Shown: positions 9,567-19,490, numbered from the stretch's first letter. The stretch: DNA of 64,000 bases from Burkholderiales bacterium (GCA_965279075.1 CBDIHI010000009.1:2863-66862); one strand, 5' to 3'. Program-made: numbers and translations. The notes: generated by a model from the letters alone, not told the origin.

Positions 9567-10321
9567 GCGCCCTGCTCGAGCTTGCGGGTGTGTCGCGCCG
9601 CTTCGGCGGCCTGCTGGCGGTCAACGACGTCACGCTTTCCGTCCCGCAGGGCGAAGTGGTCGGCCTGATCGGTCCCAACGGCGCCGGCAAGACGACCCTC
9701 GTCAACGTGATCACCGGCGTGCACCGGGCCACTGCGGGCAGCGTGCGCTTCGACGGCGAGGACGTCACGCGCCTCGCGCCCTGGCAGGCCGCGCGCCGGG
9801 GCATCGCGCGCACGTTCCAGATCGTGCAGCCCTTCCCGGAAATGACGGTGCTCGAGAACGTCGCCGCGGCCGCGATGTTCGCCGGGGCCGCCGCCTATGG
9901 CAGCGAGGCCGACGACCTCGCGATGCAGCACCTGCGCTTCGTCGGGCTGGCCGAACCGGCGAACCGCAACGCGGCCTCGCTCACGCTTGCGATGCGCAAG
10001 CGCCTGGAGCTCGCCAAGGGCCTCGCCATGCGCCCCAAGCTGCTGCTGCTCGACGAGGTCAACGCCGGCCTGAACTCGACCGAGGTCGACCAGGCGCTCG
10101 ACCTCATCCGCGCGATCGCCGCGCAGGGGGTGACCGTGCTGATCATCGAGCACCTCATGAAGGTCGTGCTGACCCTTTGCACGCGCATCGTCGTGCTCCA
10201 CCACGGCGAGCTGATCGCCACCGGCGACCCGCAGGCCATCATCCGCGACCCGCGCGTGATCCAGGCTTACCTGGGGCGCCGCTACGCCGACGCCGGCACG
10301 CAGGAGGCCGCGCGTGGCTGA
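9563..10321 (+). CDS. livG: ABC ATP-binding protein (LivG-like)
   Basis: GTG start overlapping the livM stop; GPNGAGKT, GIARTFQ, LLLDEVNAG. Confidence 0.88.
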   Translation: MSALLELAGVSRRFGGLLAVNDVTLSVPQGEVVGLIGPNGAGKTTLVNVITGVHRATAGSVRFDGEDVTRLAPWQAARRGIARTFQIVQPFPEMTVLENVAAAAMFAGAAAYGSEADDLAMQHLRFVGLAEPANRNAASLTLAMRKRLELAKGLAMRPKLLLLDEVNAGLNSTEVDQALDLIRAIAAQGVTVLIIEHLMKVVLTLCTRIVVLHHGELIATGDPQAIIRDPRVIQAYLGRRYADAGTQEAARG

Positions 10322-11036
10322 GGCCCTGCTGAAGGTCACCGGCCTGCATGCCGGCTACGGCGACGTGCAGGTCTTGTGGGGCATCGACATCGAAGTGCCG
10401 CGCGGCGAGATCGTATGCCTCGTCGGCTCCAACGGCGCCGGCAAGACCACGCTGATGCGCACGATCTCGGGCCTCGTGCCGGCGTGCTCGGGAAGCCTCG
10501 AGTTCGACGGCCGGCCGCTCGCGACGGGGACCCCGGAAAAGGTGCTTGCGGCCGGCATCGCGCACGTGCCCGAGGGCCGGCGCCTTTTCTCCGCGATGAG
10601 CATCCGCGACAACCTGCTGATGGGCGCCTACCTGCGCACCGACGGCAAGGCCGCCGTCGACGCGGACCTCGAGCGCATGTACGGGCTGTTCCCCATCCTG
10701 CGCCAACGCCACGGCCAGGACGCGGGCACGCTTTCGGGTGGCGAGCAGCAGATGTGCGCGATCGCGCGCGGGCTGATGGGGCGGCCCCGGCTGTTGTTGA
10801 TCGACGAACTGTCGCTCGGCCTCGCGCCGGCGGTCGTCGACCAGTTGTGCGACACGCTGCGTGCGCTGAACGCCGAGGGCCTCGCCGTGCTGGTGGTCGA
10901 GCAGGACGTGGCCACGGCGCTGGAGCTCGCCACGCACGCATTCGTCATGGACACCGGGCGCATCACGCGCTCAGGTGCGAGCGCGGAGCTGCGCAACGAC
11001 CCCGCGATCCGCGAAGCCTATCTCGGCGCAATCTGA
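10314..11036 (+). CDS. livF: ABC ATP-binding protein (LivF-like)
   Basis: GSNGAGKT, VPEGRRLF, LSGGEQQM, DELSLGLAP. Confidence 0.9.
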   Translation: MAEALLKVTGLHAGYGDVQVLWGIDIEVPRGEIVCLVGSNGAGKTTLMRTISGLVPACSGSLEFDGRPLATGTPEKVLAAGIAHVPEGRRLFSAMSIRDNLLMGAYLRTDGKAAVDADLERMYGLFPILRQRHGQDAGTLSGGEQQMCAIARGLMGRPRLLLIDELSLGLAPAVVDQLCDTLRALNAEGLAVLVVEQDVATALELATHAFVMDTGRITRSGASAELRNDPAIREAYLGAI

Positions 11037-11051
11037 AAGGAGCAACTTCGA

Positions 11052-11819
11052 ATGTCCCAGGATGTCCCCGTATTCGCCGCAGGCCGTTACCGCTACGTCA
11101 AGGCGGTGTTCCAGTACTCCGGCGGCGTGGCCGCGGAGCCCGGCTACGAGATCGAGCGGGCGCGGTTCCTGAAACCGCTGCCACTGGCTGAGGGATTCGC
11201 CGCGGTGGAGGCGCACCTCAAGGCGCTCGGCCTGCCGTCTGCGTCGTTTGCGGCGTGCGAGCTGCGCTCGCCGGCGCCGTTCACCGACCAGGGCTTCTAC
11301 GACTTCAACAAGGTGTACGTGCAGACGCTCGACCGCTGGGGCATCTACAAGGACGGCGACCCGCTGATGAACCCGGTCGCGCGCACCAACGTCTGCCCGA
11401 TGTACGACAAGCCCGCCGTGCCGTCGCTGTACGCCTTCTCCTACACCGTGCCTACCCAGTCCAAACGCGGCACCTTCGTAATCGCTGGCGGCGGCGAGGC
11501 CACCGAGGGACAAAAGGAGTTTCCTTATCACACGCCCATCGTCGCGCATGACGACACCTCGCCCGAGGGCATCCGCAGGAAAGTGGAATTCGTGATCGCT
11601 GAAATGGAACGCCGCCTCAAGCTGCTGGGCTTCACGTGGAAGGACGCCGTCACGACCGAGGCCTACACCGTGCAGAACATCGGGCCGCTGGTCGGCGAGC
11701 TGCTGGCGAAGCGCGGCGCGATGGCGGGCGGGCTGGTCTGGAACTACACGCGCCCGCCGGTCGTCGGGCTCGAATACGAAATGGACGTGCGCGGCGCCGC
11801 GCGCGAGATCATCCTTTGA
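11052..11819 (+). CDS. CnbZ-like (2-amino-5-chloromuconate deaminase family) protein, copy 1
   Basis: FQYSGGVAAEPG, CELRSPAPF, NPVARTNVCP, AFSYTVP and RPPVVGLEYEMDVRG match, from memory, Comamonas CnbZ-family motifs. Confidence 0.75.
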   Translation: MSQDVPVFAAGRYRYVKAVFQYSGGVAAEPGYEIERARFLKPLPLAEGFAAVEAHLKALGLPSASFAACELRSPAPFTDQGFYDFNKVYVQTLDRWGIYKDGDPLMNPVARTNVCPMYDKPAVPSLYAFSYTVPTQSKRGTFVIAGGGEATEGQKEFPYHTPIVAHDDTSPEGIRRKVEFVIAEMERRLKLLGFTWKDAVTTEAYTVQNIGPLVGELLAKRGAMAGGLVWNYTRPPVVGLEYEMDVRGAAREIIL

Positions 11820-11846
11820 TGCAGGTGTCCCAACAGGAGAAAGCCG

Positions 11847-12605
11847 ATGTCTGAAGTGATTGTTTTCGCGCCGGGCAACTACCGGTACGTCAAGGCCGTG
11901 TTCCAGTACTCGAGCGGCGTGGCCGCCGAGCCCGGCTACGAGATCGAGCGCGCCCGCTTCATGAAGCCGGTGCCCATCCCCGAGGCCTATGCCGCCGTCG
12001 AGGCCCACCTGAAGGCCCTCGGACGGCCGACGACCGCGTTCTGCCAGTGCGAGCTGCGTTCGCCCGAGCCGTTCACCGCGCAGGGTTTCTTCGACTTCAA
12101 CAAGGTCTACGTGCAGACGCTCGACCGCTGGGGCATCTACAAGGACGGCGACCCGCTGATGAACCCCGTCGCACGCACCAACGTCTGCCCGATGTACGAC
12201 AAGCCTGCCACGCCGTCGATGTACGCGTTCTCCTACACGGTGCCCACCAAATCCAAGCGCCCGACGTTCATCCTCGCGGGTGGCGGCGACGCCCGAGGCG
12301 GCAGCGGCTCCTATGCCGAGCGCATCGTGCGCTTCCGCGACACCTCGCCCGAGGGCCTGCGTGAGAAGGTCGAGTTCGTGATCGCCGAGATGGAAGGCCG
12401 CCTGAAGGCGCTGGGCTTCGGCTGGAAGGATGCCGTCACCACCGAGATCTACACGGTGCAGAACGTCGGGCACCTGGTCGGCGAGCTGCTCGCGGCCCGC
12501 GGCGCGGCCTCCGGCGGCATCGTCTGGAACTACACCCGCCCCCCGGTCGTCGACCTCGAGTACGAAATGGACGTCCGCGGCGCCGCGCGCGAGATCATTC
12601 TCTAA
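11847..12605 (+). CDS. cnbZ: CnbZ-like deaminase, copy 2 (closer to CnbZ as recalled)
   Basis: Same motifs plus AGGGDARGGS and DTSPEGLREKV; tandem paralog of 11052..11819. Confidence 0.75.
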   Translation: MSEVIVFAPGNYRYVKAVFQYSSGVAAEPGYEIERARFMKPVPIPEAYAAVEAHLKALGRPTTAFCQCELRSPEPFTAQGFFDFNKVYVQTLDRWGIYKDGDPLMNPVARTNVCPMYDKPATPSMYAFSYTVPTKSKRPTFILAGGGDARGGSGSYAERIVRFRDTSPEGLREKVEFVIAEMEGRLKALGFGWKDAVTTEIYTVQNVGHLVGELLAARGAASGGIVWNYTRPPVVDLEYEMDVRGAAREIIL

Positions 12606-13784
12606 TCAGACGACGTTCTTTTCGAGCAGCGGGCGGTTCGCGGCGATGCGCCCGAACGCCAGCGGCGACAGGTCGAGCGTGCGGTAGCCGCCGTGGACGA
12701 TCAACTCCGCGACGCCGCGGCCGACCGCCGGGGATTGCTGCAGGCCATGGCCCGAGAACCCGTTGGCGAAGATGAGGTTGCCGACCTCCGGGTGGTGGCC
12801 GACGATGCCGTTGCAGTCGAACGTGTTGTACTCGTAGTACCCCGCCCAGGCGCCCTCCTGGCGCAGCGCCTCGAACGCCGGCACGCGTCCCGCCAGGATC
12901 GGCCAGAGGGCTTCCCCGAAGAGTGCGGGGTCCGGATCGAGCGGCAGGTCGTCGGGATCGTCGGCCGGGTCGGGCGACGTGCCGCAGATGAACTGGTTGC
13001 GGCCCTCGGGACGGAAGTACACGCCCGACGGGTCGATGACCAGCGGTACATCAGCAATGGGCGTCGGGCAGCTCACCACGTACACCGAGCGTCGCCGCGC
13101 ACGCACCGGCAGGTCGATGCCGAGCCAGGCCGCCGGCTCGCGCGCCCAGGGGCCGGCCGCATTCACCGCAACATCGCACGCGACCGAGCCTCCGCCTGCG
13201 AGCCGCACCGCGCATATGCCGCCGCCATCCCGCTCGAAGCCCGTCGCCTCGGCCGCCAAGTAGGTGGCGCCAAGCGACTTCGCTTTTTTCCGGAAGGCCT
13301 GCAGCAGGCTGTACCCGTCGAACCAACCTTCGCCCGAAAGGCCGAGCGAGCCGAGCGCCACGCCTTCGGTCGACAGCCAGGGGAAACGCTTGTGCAACGC
13401 CGCCGGATCGAGCAGCGCCACGTCGGCGCCCAGCGAGCGCTGCAGGCGATGGTTTTCCCTGACGGTCGCTTCGCCTGCTGCCGAGGCAAGGAACAAGTAC
13501 CCCGCCTCCTTCAAGCCCAGGTCGGGACGCTCGGCGCCCACTTCGAGCAATTCGCCTGCGCGCCGCAGGAACTCGATGCCGAACGTGCTGAGACCGATGT
13601 TGACCGCAGTCGAGAACTGCTGCCGGATCGAACTGGCCGACAGCGCGGAGGAGGCGCGCGTGTAGGTCGGGTCGCGCTCGATGACCGTCACCGTGCCGCG
13701 AAAGGCCGGGTCGCGCAGCGTGAAATACGCAATAGCGCTGCCCACTGCGCCGCCGCCGATGACCACCACCCGCCTTCCCGTCAC
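12606..13784 (-). CDS. FAD-dependent oxidoreductase (DAO/DadA family, FOXRED1-like)
   Basis: VVVIGGGAVG dinucleotide motif, SASSIRQQFS, WAGYYEYN, GFSGHGLQQSPAVG. GTG start at 13784 with GGAGG RBS. Confidence 0.88.
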   Translation of the reverse strand: MTGRRVVVIGGGAVGSAIAYFTLRDPAFRGTVTVIERDPTYTRASSALSASSIRQQFSTAVNIGLSTFGIEFLRRAGELLEVGAERPDLGLKEAGYLFLASAAGEATVRENHRLQRSLGADVALLDPAALHKRFPWLSTEGVALGSLGLSGEGWFDGYSLLQAFRKKAKSLGATYLAAEATGFERDGGGICAVRLAGGGSVACDVAVNAAGPWAREPAAWLGIDLPVRARRRSVYVVSCPTPIADVPLVIDPSGVYFRPEGRNQFICGTSPDPADDPDDLPLDPDPALFGEALWPILAGRVPAFEALRQEGAWAGYYEYNTFDCNGIVGHHPEVGNLIFANGFSGHGLQQSPAVGRGVAELIVHGGYRTLDLSPLAFGRIAANRPLLEKNVV

Positions 13785-13836
13785 TCCGCCTCCGCCCTTG
13801 AATGCGCGCATTGAACCCAACCTGCGCGAACCCGCG

Positions 13837-13866
13837 TTGACACGCGGCCGGCCCGTAGCATAGCGT
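13837..13866 (+). promoter_or_regulatory. Possible sigma70 promoter for the cyclodeaminase gene
   Basis: TTGACA-N18-TAGCGT in the divergent intergenic region. Confidence 0.4.
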
Positions 13867-13890
13867 CCCCGTTACCCTCACGGAGTCCCA

Positions 13891-14838
13891 GTGTCCTCGT
13901 CCCTCCCCCATATCACCGCCGAACAGGTCCACGCCGTGCTCGATTACCCGGCGCTGGTCGAAGCGCTGCGGGCCGCCTTCCTCGCCGGTGCGGAGGCGCC
14001 AGTGCGTTCAAGCTTCCCGGTCACGCCCGAAGGCGACCGCCTGCTCCTGATGCCGGCCTGGCGCACCGGGCAGGACATCGGCGTAAAGCTGGTGACGGTC
14101 TTTCCGCACAACCGCGAGCGCGGCGTGGCCAGCGTCTCGGCGCTGTACGTGCTGCTGGACGGCGCCACCGGGCATCCGCGCGCGCTGATCGACGGCGAGG
14201 CGCTGACCCTGCGCCGCACCGCCGCCGCCTCGGCCCTGGCCTCCACTTACCTGTCGCGTCCCGACGCCAGCCGGCTGCTCGTCGTCGGCACCGGCGCCCT
14301 TGCGCCCTACATGGCGGCTGCCCACTGCGCGCTGCGGCCGATCCGCAGCGTGCAGGTGTGGGGACGGTCCTTCGACCGCGCCAGGGCCATGGCGGCAGCC
14401 CTCAGCAGGGAAGGGTGCCCGGCCGATGCCGTTGCGGACCTCGCCGAAGGCCTCGCGGGAGCGGATATCGTCACGTGCGCGACCACAGCCCGCGAGCCCG
14501 TCGTGCAGGGCGAACACGTGCGGGCCGGTACCCACGTCGACCTTGTCGGCGCATTCACCCGCGACATGCGCGAATGCGACGACGCGCTGGTTGAAACAGC
14601 CCAGGTCTTCGTCGACACCTATGCCGGCGCGCTGCAGGAGGCGGGGGACCTGGTCCAGCCGGTGGCCGCAGGCCGGTTCGGGCGGGAGCACGTGCTGGCG
14701 GAACTTGCCGAGCTCGTATCGGGCCGCCATCCCGGCCGCACCTCGCCCGAAGCGGTGACCGTGTTCAAGTCGGTCGGCACGGCGCTCGAGGACCTGTGCG
14801 CCGCGCGGCTCGTGTTCGACCGCGTCACTCGGGCTTGA
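13891..14838 (+). CDS. Ornithine cyclodeaminase / mu-crystallin family (possible cyclic imine reductase)
   Basis: LLLMPAW, GVKLVTVFP, LTLRRTAAAS, GTGALA, FKSVGTALEDL. Confidence 0.9.
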   Translation: MSSSLPHITAEQVHAVLDYPALVEALRAAFLAGAEAPVRSSFPVTPEGDRLLLMPAWRTGQDIGVKLVTVFPHNRERGVASVSALYVLLDGATGHPRALIDGEALTLRRTAAASALASTYLSRPDASRLLVVGTGALAPYMAAAHCALRPIRSVQVWGRSFDRARAMAAALSREGCPADAVADLAEGLAGADIVTCATTAREPVVQGEHVRAGTHVDLVGAFTRDMRECDDALVETAQVFVDTYAGALQEAGDLVQPVAAGRFGREHVLAELAELVSGRHPGRTSPEAVTVFKSVGTALEDLCAARLVFDRVTRA

Positions 14839-14853
14839 TGCCGGCCTTACGGA

Positions 14854-15438
14854 TCAGCGAGCTGAACCGCTCGCGATCGATGCCCTTCCCGCTCCACCGC
14901 ACCCGATCATGCGAAGGTACGCGGCCTGCCGCGCAGCCGGCGTGCGCCCAAGGGCGAAATACACGGGATGCGGCGTCAGCAACGGGTCGGGGCAGCCGTA
15001 CGCATTCGCCGCATGGCTGGACCAGTGGTAGGCCCGCGGGTCGCGCACGAGGTTCGCCCGCACCGGGTTGAGCTCGATGTAGCGCATGCAAAGGAGCAAT
15101 TGCCGGCGGACGTGGATCGCGGCTGCCTCGTAGCGGGGCTCCCAGAGCGCCGCGGCGCGACCATGCGCGTCGTTCACGTATCGTTCATGCCTCGCGAACA
15201 GGGCCTGCATCAGGGCTTCGAGCCCTCCCTTGTGCGAGCCGGTGGCGAGCAAGTGGGCGTGGTTGCCCATCAGCACATAAGCGTGGACCCTGCATTCGTA
15301 CCGCACCGCATAGCGGCCCAGCCAGCGCAGGAACCCCTCGCGATCGCGCCCATCGTGGAAGGTCGCGGCCCGGCTGGTGCCGCGCCGTACGATATGCATC
15401 GCGACTTGTGCCGGAAAAGGCAAAGAAAGGCAGGTCAT
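14854..15438 (-). mobile_element. REP-associated tyrosine transposase (RAYT, IS200-like Y1 HUH), divergent
   Basis: HAYVLMGNHAHLL (HUH motif), RYIELNPVRA (catalytic Tyr), YHWSS. Confidence 0.85.
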
Positions 15439-15447
15439 GCTTCAGGA

Positions 15448-15473
15448 CAACGTGCGGCCCGGCCCGCACGTTG
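15448..15473. repeat. Perfect 10-bp hairpin upstream of the RAYT (terminator of the kinase or REP-like element)
   Basis: CAACGTGCGG-CCCGGC-CCGCACGTTG. Confidence 0.6.
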
Positions 15474-15496
15474 ACCCGGCGTGACGCCGCGATACG

Positions 15497-17713
15497 CTAA
15501 CCGTCGGGCCGCGTGACCCGCTCCCCCAGCGACGCGGCGATCCCATACCAGCGATCCGCCTCGGCCGTATCGGCGGCGACGTCGCCTGCGCCGCCGGCAT
15601 AGATCTCGCCCAGACGCCTCGCGGCCGCCCCGCTGCCCGCATCGGCGGCTTTCGTCAGCAGCTTCACGGCCTGCGAAACGGTCCCATCCAGCACCATGGC
15701 TTCGGCGCGCCTGCAGAGCTCCGCCTGCTCCCTTTGCCGCCGCAGGATGCTCTCCACGACGATCCTGACCCTGTCCTCCGCCTCACGTTGCGTCTGGGCA
15801 CGGGCGGCGCGGCGCTCGTCCTCCAGCGCGAGGCGTTTCGGCGCGATTTCGGCCGCGCGCAGGGCTTTCCTCTCGGCCTCGCGCATGGCGTGCTCGCGCA
15901 CCTCCTGCATGGCCCGGGCCACCGTATCCCTGCGTGCCTGCTCCTCGGCCTCGAGCCGCGCCTTCTCCTCGGCTTCGCGCCGGGCGATTTCCTCGGCCTT
16001 GCGCCGGGCCTTTTCTTCGGCCTCGCGCCAGGCCCTGGCTTCGGCTTCGCGCTTCGCCCGGACCCTGTCCTCGGCCTCCCGGCGCAACCTCTCCTCGGCT
16101 TCGCGCAGGATCTTTTCCGCAGCCTCGTGCCTGGCCTTCGCCTCGGCTTCGCGGCGGGCCTTTTCTTCCGCCTCGCGTTTTGCCTGCTCTTCGGCTTCGA
16201 GACGCGCTTTCTCCTCTGCCTCCCGGCGGGCTTTCTCTTCCGCTTCACGGCGCGCCTGTTCTTCGGCCTCCCGGCGCGCTTTCTCCTCGGCTTCGCGCCG
16301 CGCTTTCTCCTCGGCTTCGCGCCGCGCCTTCTCTTCGGCCTCCCGGCGCGCCTTTTCCTCGGCCTCGCGCCGGGCCTTCTCTTCCGCTTCGCGGCGCGCC
16401 TTTTCCTCGGCCTCGCGCCTTGCCCTCTCTTCGGCTTCGCGCTTCGCCCTGGCCTCTGCCTCGATGCGCGCTTTCTCCTCGGCCCGCTGGCGCGCTTTCT
16501 CGGCGGCTTCGCGCCGGACCCTCTCCTCGGTCTCGCGCCGCGCCTTTTCAAGCGCGTCGCGCCGGGCCCTGGCCTCGGCTTCCTGCCTCAACCTCTCCTG
16601 CGCTTCGCGCTTGGCCTTCTCCGCCGCCGCGTCCTCGGCGCTGCCGGACGTACCGCGCAATGCGGCCAGTTTGCGCAGCGCGAGGTCGACGTAGACTCCG
16701 TTCGGGAAGTTCTGCAGGTACAGCTCGAGCTCCTCGGAATCGTCCGTATCCTTGATCGCGCGCCAGAACTCGAGTTCGACCTCGGTGCCGGACGATTCGC
16801 CCGTTGCCGGTGCCGGTTCAGCCCATGGCACGAAATCGGCGCCGACCGGCAGGGTCCCGTCCTCCCCGGCAGATTGGCCCTCCAGGACGCGCTGCAGCGC
16901 CTGCGCGAACTCGCGCGCCGATTGGTAACGCCGGTTCGGGTCTTTCGCCAGCGACCGGGCGACGACGCGGTCGAACTCGGGCGGGACCGTGGCGATGATC
17001 GACGAGGGCGCGGGCGGATCCTCCTGCACGATCTTCTTCGCGACGGTGAACGCGCCGCCGCCCTGGAAGGGTTTCTGGCCGGTGAGGAACTGGTAGAGCA
17101 CCACGCCCGCGGAAAAGATGTCGGTACGGCGGTCGATCTTGTGGCCTTGCACCTGCTCCGGCGACATGTAGGCTGGCGTACCCACCATGGTGCCGACTTG
17201 CGTGGCGCCCTGCTGGTCCGGGTCGCTGATGCGCGCCACGCCGAAGTCGGCGAGCTTGGCGTGCCCCTCCACGTCGACCATCACGTTGGCGGGCTTGATA
17301 TCGCGATGGACGACCCCTTCGTTGTGCGCGAACTCGAGGGCGTCGAGAAGCTCGCACATCAGCCGGACGGTTTCGGGGATCTCGAAGCGTTCCCCGGCGT
17401 CGAAGGCCGCCTTCAGCTCGCGGCCCCGGACGAACTCCATGACGATGTAGGCAATCTCGCCTTCCTCGCCGAAGTCATACACCTGCACGATGTTGGGATG
17501 GTTCAGGCGCGCGACGGCCTGGGCCTCGCGCGCGAACCGCATCGAATAGTCCTTCGCGGTCCCCGGGTCGAGCTCGCTGGTCAGGATGGTCTTGACCGCC
17601 ACCGCGCGGTTCAGGACCGGGTCGCGGCCTTCGTAGACGACGCCCATCGCGCCCTTGCCGAGTACCCGCAGGAGCTTGTAGCGGCCGAGGGATTCCGGGG
17701 TGCGCTTGGCCAT
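15497..17713 (-). CDS. Hanks-type Ser/Thr protein kinase with a long charged (EAEEKARR)n helix and a C-terminal Sel1-like repeat
   Basis: [31 protein letters not shown]; no TM segment; C-terminal [17 protein letters not shown]...ADRWY. Confidence 0.92.
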   Translation of the reverse strand: MAKRTPESLGRYKLLRVLGKGAMGVVYEGRDPVLNRAVAVKTILTSELDPGTAKDYSMRFAREAQAVARLNHPNIVQVYDFGEEGEIAYIVMEFVRGRELKAAFDAGERFEIPETVRLMCELLDALEFAHNEGVVHRDIKPANVMVDVEGHAKLADFGVARISDPDQQGATQVGTMVGTPAYMSPEQVQGHKIDRRTDIFSAGVVLYQFLTGQKPFQGGGAFTVAKKIVQEDPPAPSSIIATVPPEFDRVVARSLAKDPNRRYQSAREFAQALQRVLEGQSAGEDGTLPVGADFVPWAEPAPATGESSGTEVELEFWRAIKDTDDSEELELYLQNFPNGVYVDLALRKLAALRGTSGSAEDAAAEKAKREAQERLRQEAEARARRDALEKARRETEERVRREAAEKARQRAEEKARIEAEARAKREAEERARREAEEKARREAEEKARREAEEKARREAEEKARREAEEKARREAEEKARREAEEQARREAEEKARREAEEKARLEAEEQAKREAEEKARREAEAKARHEAAEKILREAEERLRREAEDRVRAKREAEARAWREAEEKARRKAEEIARREAEEKARLEAEEQARRDTVARAMQEVREHAMREAERKALRAAEIAPKRLALEDERRAARAQTQREAEDRVRIVVESILRRQREQAELCRRAEAMVLDGTVSQAVKLLTKAADAGSGAAARRLGEIYAGGAGDVAADTAEADRWYGIAASLGERVTRPDG
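16140..16460 (-). repeat. 24-bp (8-aa) tandem coding repeat EAEEKARR within the kinase
   Basis: About ten consecutive near-identical copies within a longer E/K/R/A-rich region (boundaries approximate). Confidence 0.85.
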
Positions 17714-17841
17714 GGCAGCGCTACCCGTGCGGGCGCGACCGGGAGGCGCGGACGCACCGCCTTGTGCTCGGCCTGGCTGGCGGGGATCGGGTCATCGGGT
17801 TCCCGGAACGCACTTCAGGCGGTCACCGCCGGACGGCAAGC

Positions 17842-18609
17842 CTAGTTGGGCGGCCGGGCCGTCGTGCGGGTCGACGGCTTGGGGATCTCCACGCCCTGCG
17901 CTCGCGCTTTCTGGTACCACAGCAGGGCAGTCCCGTAGTCGTGGGAGACGATCGCGTTGCCGTTGTTGTAGATGTCGCCCAAGTGCTTCTGGGCCTGCCC
18001 GTTGCCGGCGTTTCCGGCGGCGAGGAAAGCGTCCATTGCCGCGCGCAGGTCCCCGCGGCGTTCGGCGGCGAGACCCTCCTGGAAGCGCTCGGCGGCCTGC
18101 GTCGGGGTGAGTGGCGGCGCGGCGGCCGGCTGGGGGGCCGGCCCGGGCCTCGGCTTCTGTGCGGGGACCGGCCCCGCGGGGGCCGTTGCGGCGGGCTGTG
18201 CCGGGGCCGGGACTGCGGCCGCCGCCCTCGCTATCAGGGTACGGTACTCCTGCGCGGCGTGGGTCGCATCCAGCGCGACTATGGCCTCGCGCGAGGGAAT
18301 CGCCAGCGTGCGCCCGACGACGAGCTGGTTGATGTTGCCTTCGAGAAATGCGTCCGGATTCGCGCGATACAGTGCGACGATCATCTGGAACACCGTGACG
18401 CCGGCCGGGCGTGTTCTCCCGGCGATCCGGTACAGGGTGTCCCCCTTTGCGATTTCGTAGGGCGACTGGGACGCGGCAACGGGAGGTGCTGCGGCGGCCT
18501 TGCCCGCCTGTGCGAAAGCGGGTCCACCCGGAAAGAAAAGGCCTGCCACCATGAACGCAATTACCGTTGCGCAGCCGCGGCGCGGCCGGGGCGCGGGGCG
18601 CGGGCTCAC
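17842..18609 (-). CDS. Exported protein with a FimV-type LysM domain and Sel1 repeat
   Basis: Signal peptide (…PAFA-QAG); YEIAKGDTLYRIA...QMIVALYRANPDAFLEGNINQL (FimV core); AQKHLGDIY...ALLWYQKA. GTGA overlap with the cyclase stop. Confidence 0.8.
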   Translation of the reverse strand: MSPRPAPRPRRGCATVIAFMVAGLFFPGGPAFAQAGKAAAAPPVAASQSPYEIAKGDTLYRIAGRTRPAGVTVFQMIVALYRANPDAFLEGNINQLVVGRTLAIPSREAIVALDATHAAQEYRTLIARAAAAVPAPAQPAATAPAGPVPAQKPRPGPAPQPAAAPPLTPTQAAERFQEGLAAERRGDLRAAMDAFLAAGNAGNGQAQKHLGDIYNNGNAIVSHDYGTALLWYQKARAQGVEIPKPSTRTTARPPN

Positions 18610-19490
18610 TCGCAAAAGAATTCTACGGTTTCCGTGGCGCTGGCACGGGGCTGGCCGAAGGCGATCCAGCCATGGCCCCGGAGGGCGAACTCGGCGCGCC
18701 GCAGCACGACTTCGCTGTCCCCTTCCACCGTCACGTAGGTCCCGTTCGCGCTGTGGTCCGCGAGGACGAACTTGTCCAGCCGCCGCTCGATCTTGCCGTG
18801 CTGGCGGGAGGCCATGCGATCGATGATGACCAGGTCCCCGGCCTTGTCACGGCCCAGCGTGAGCGAGGTGCGCCCGCCTTCGAGGATGATTTCCTGATCG
18901 AGGTACTTGAGGCGCAGCGCGGTCAGCTTCTGCTTGACCATCGAGCGGTTGGTGGAAAGCTGCGTCTGGTCCTCGGACTGCTGCCAGAGGATCTCGTAGA
19001 GGTCGACCGCCGTGGCCTTGCCCTTCACCTCGATGGAATACAGGCGCCGCGACGAGGAGCGCATGATCGGGCTCATCAATTCGACCGTCTCGCGCGAGGT
19101 CATGATCTGGCCCTTGGAGGCGAGGCCCGCGAGGCGCGCGGCGAGGTTGACCGAATCGCCGAAAACGTCGCCGTCGCGGTCCACCACCGGGCCGAAATGG
19201 AATCCGATGCGCACGCCGATCTTGGTGTTTGCCACCGGAGGGAGTTCCTCGATGGCGCCCTGCATCTCGATCGCCGCGCCGGCCGCCGAACTGGCGTCGG
19301 GGAAGGTCGCCATCACCTCGTCGCCGATCGTCTTGATCACGCGCCCGCCGATGACCGCGGTCTTGTCCTTGAAGATGTTGATGCACCTGTCGATCGCCGC
19401 GTGGGCGACCGCGTCCCCCGCGCTTTCGTACAGGCGGGTGCTGCCGCTCACATCGACGAACAGGACTGCGGCCTGGGCAATTTCGGTCAT
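18606..19490 (-). CDS. Class III adenylate cyclase with C-terminal FHA domain
   Basis: VLFVDVSGST, IKTIGDEVM, DVFGDSVNLAARL; FHA motifs LGR, SRQH, SANGTYV. Confidence 0.92.
   Translation of the reverse strand: MTEIAQAAVLFVDVSGSTRLYESAGDAVAHAAIDRCINIFKDKTAVIGGRVIKTIGDEVMATFPDASSAAGAAIEMQGAIEELPPVANTKIGVRIGFHFGPVVDRDGDVFGDSVNLAARLAGLASKGQIMTSRETVELMSPIMRSSSRRLYSIEVKGKATAVDLYEILWQQSEDQTQLSTNRSMVKQKLTALRLKYLDQEIILEGGRTSLTLGRDKAGDLVIIDRMASRQHGKIERRLDKFVLADHSANGTYVTVEGDSEVVLRRAEFALRGHGWIAFGQPRASATETVEFFCE

Noticed and set aside
15664-17845. Overlapping repetitive ORFs ([15 protein letters not shown] repeats) across the kinase
   Set aside because: Alternate-frame and antisense shadows of the EAEEKARR repeat.
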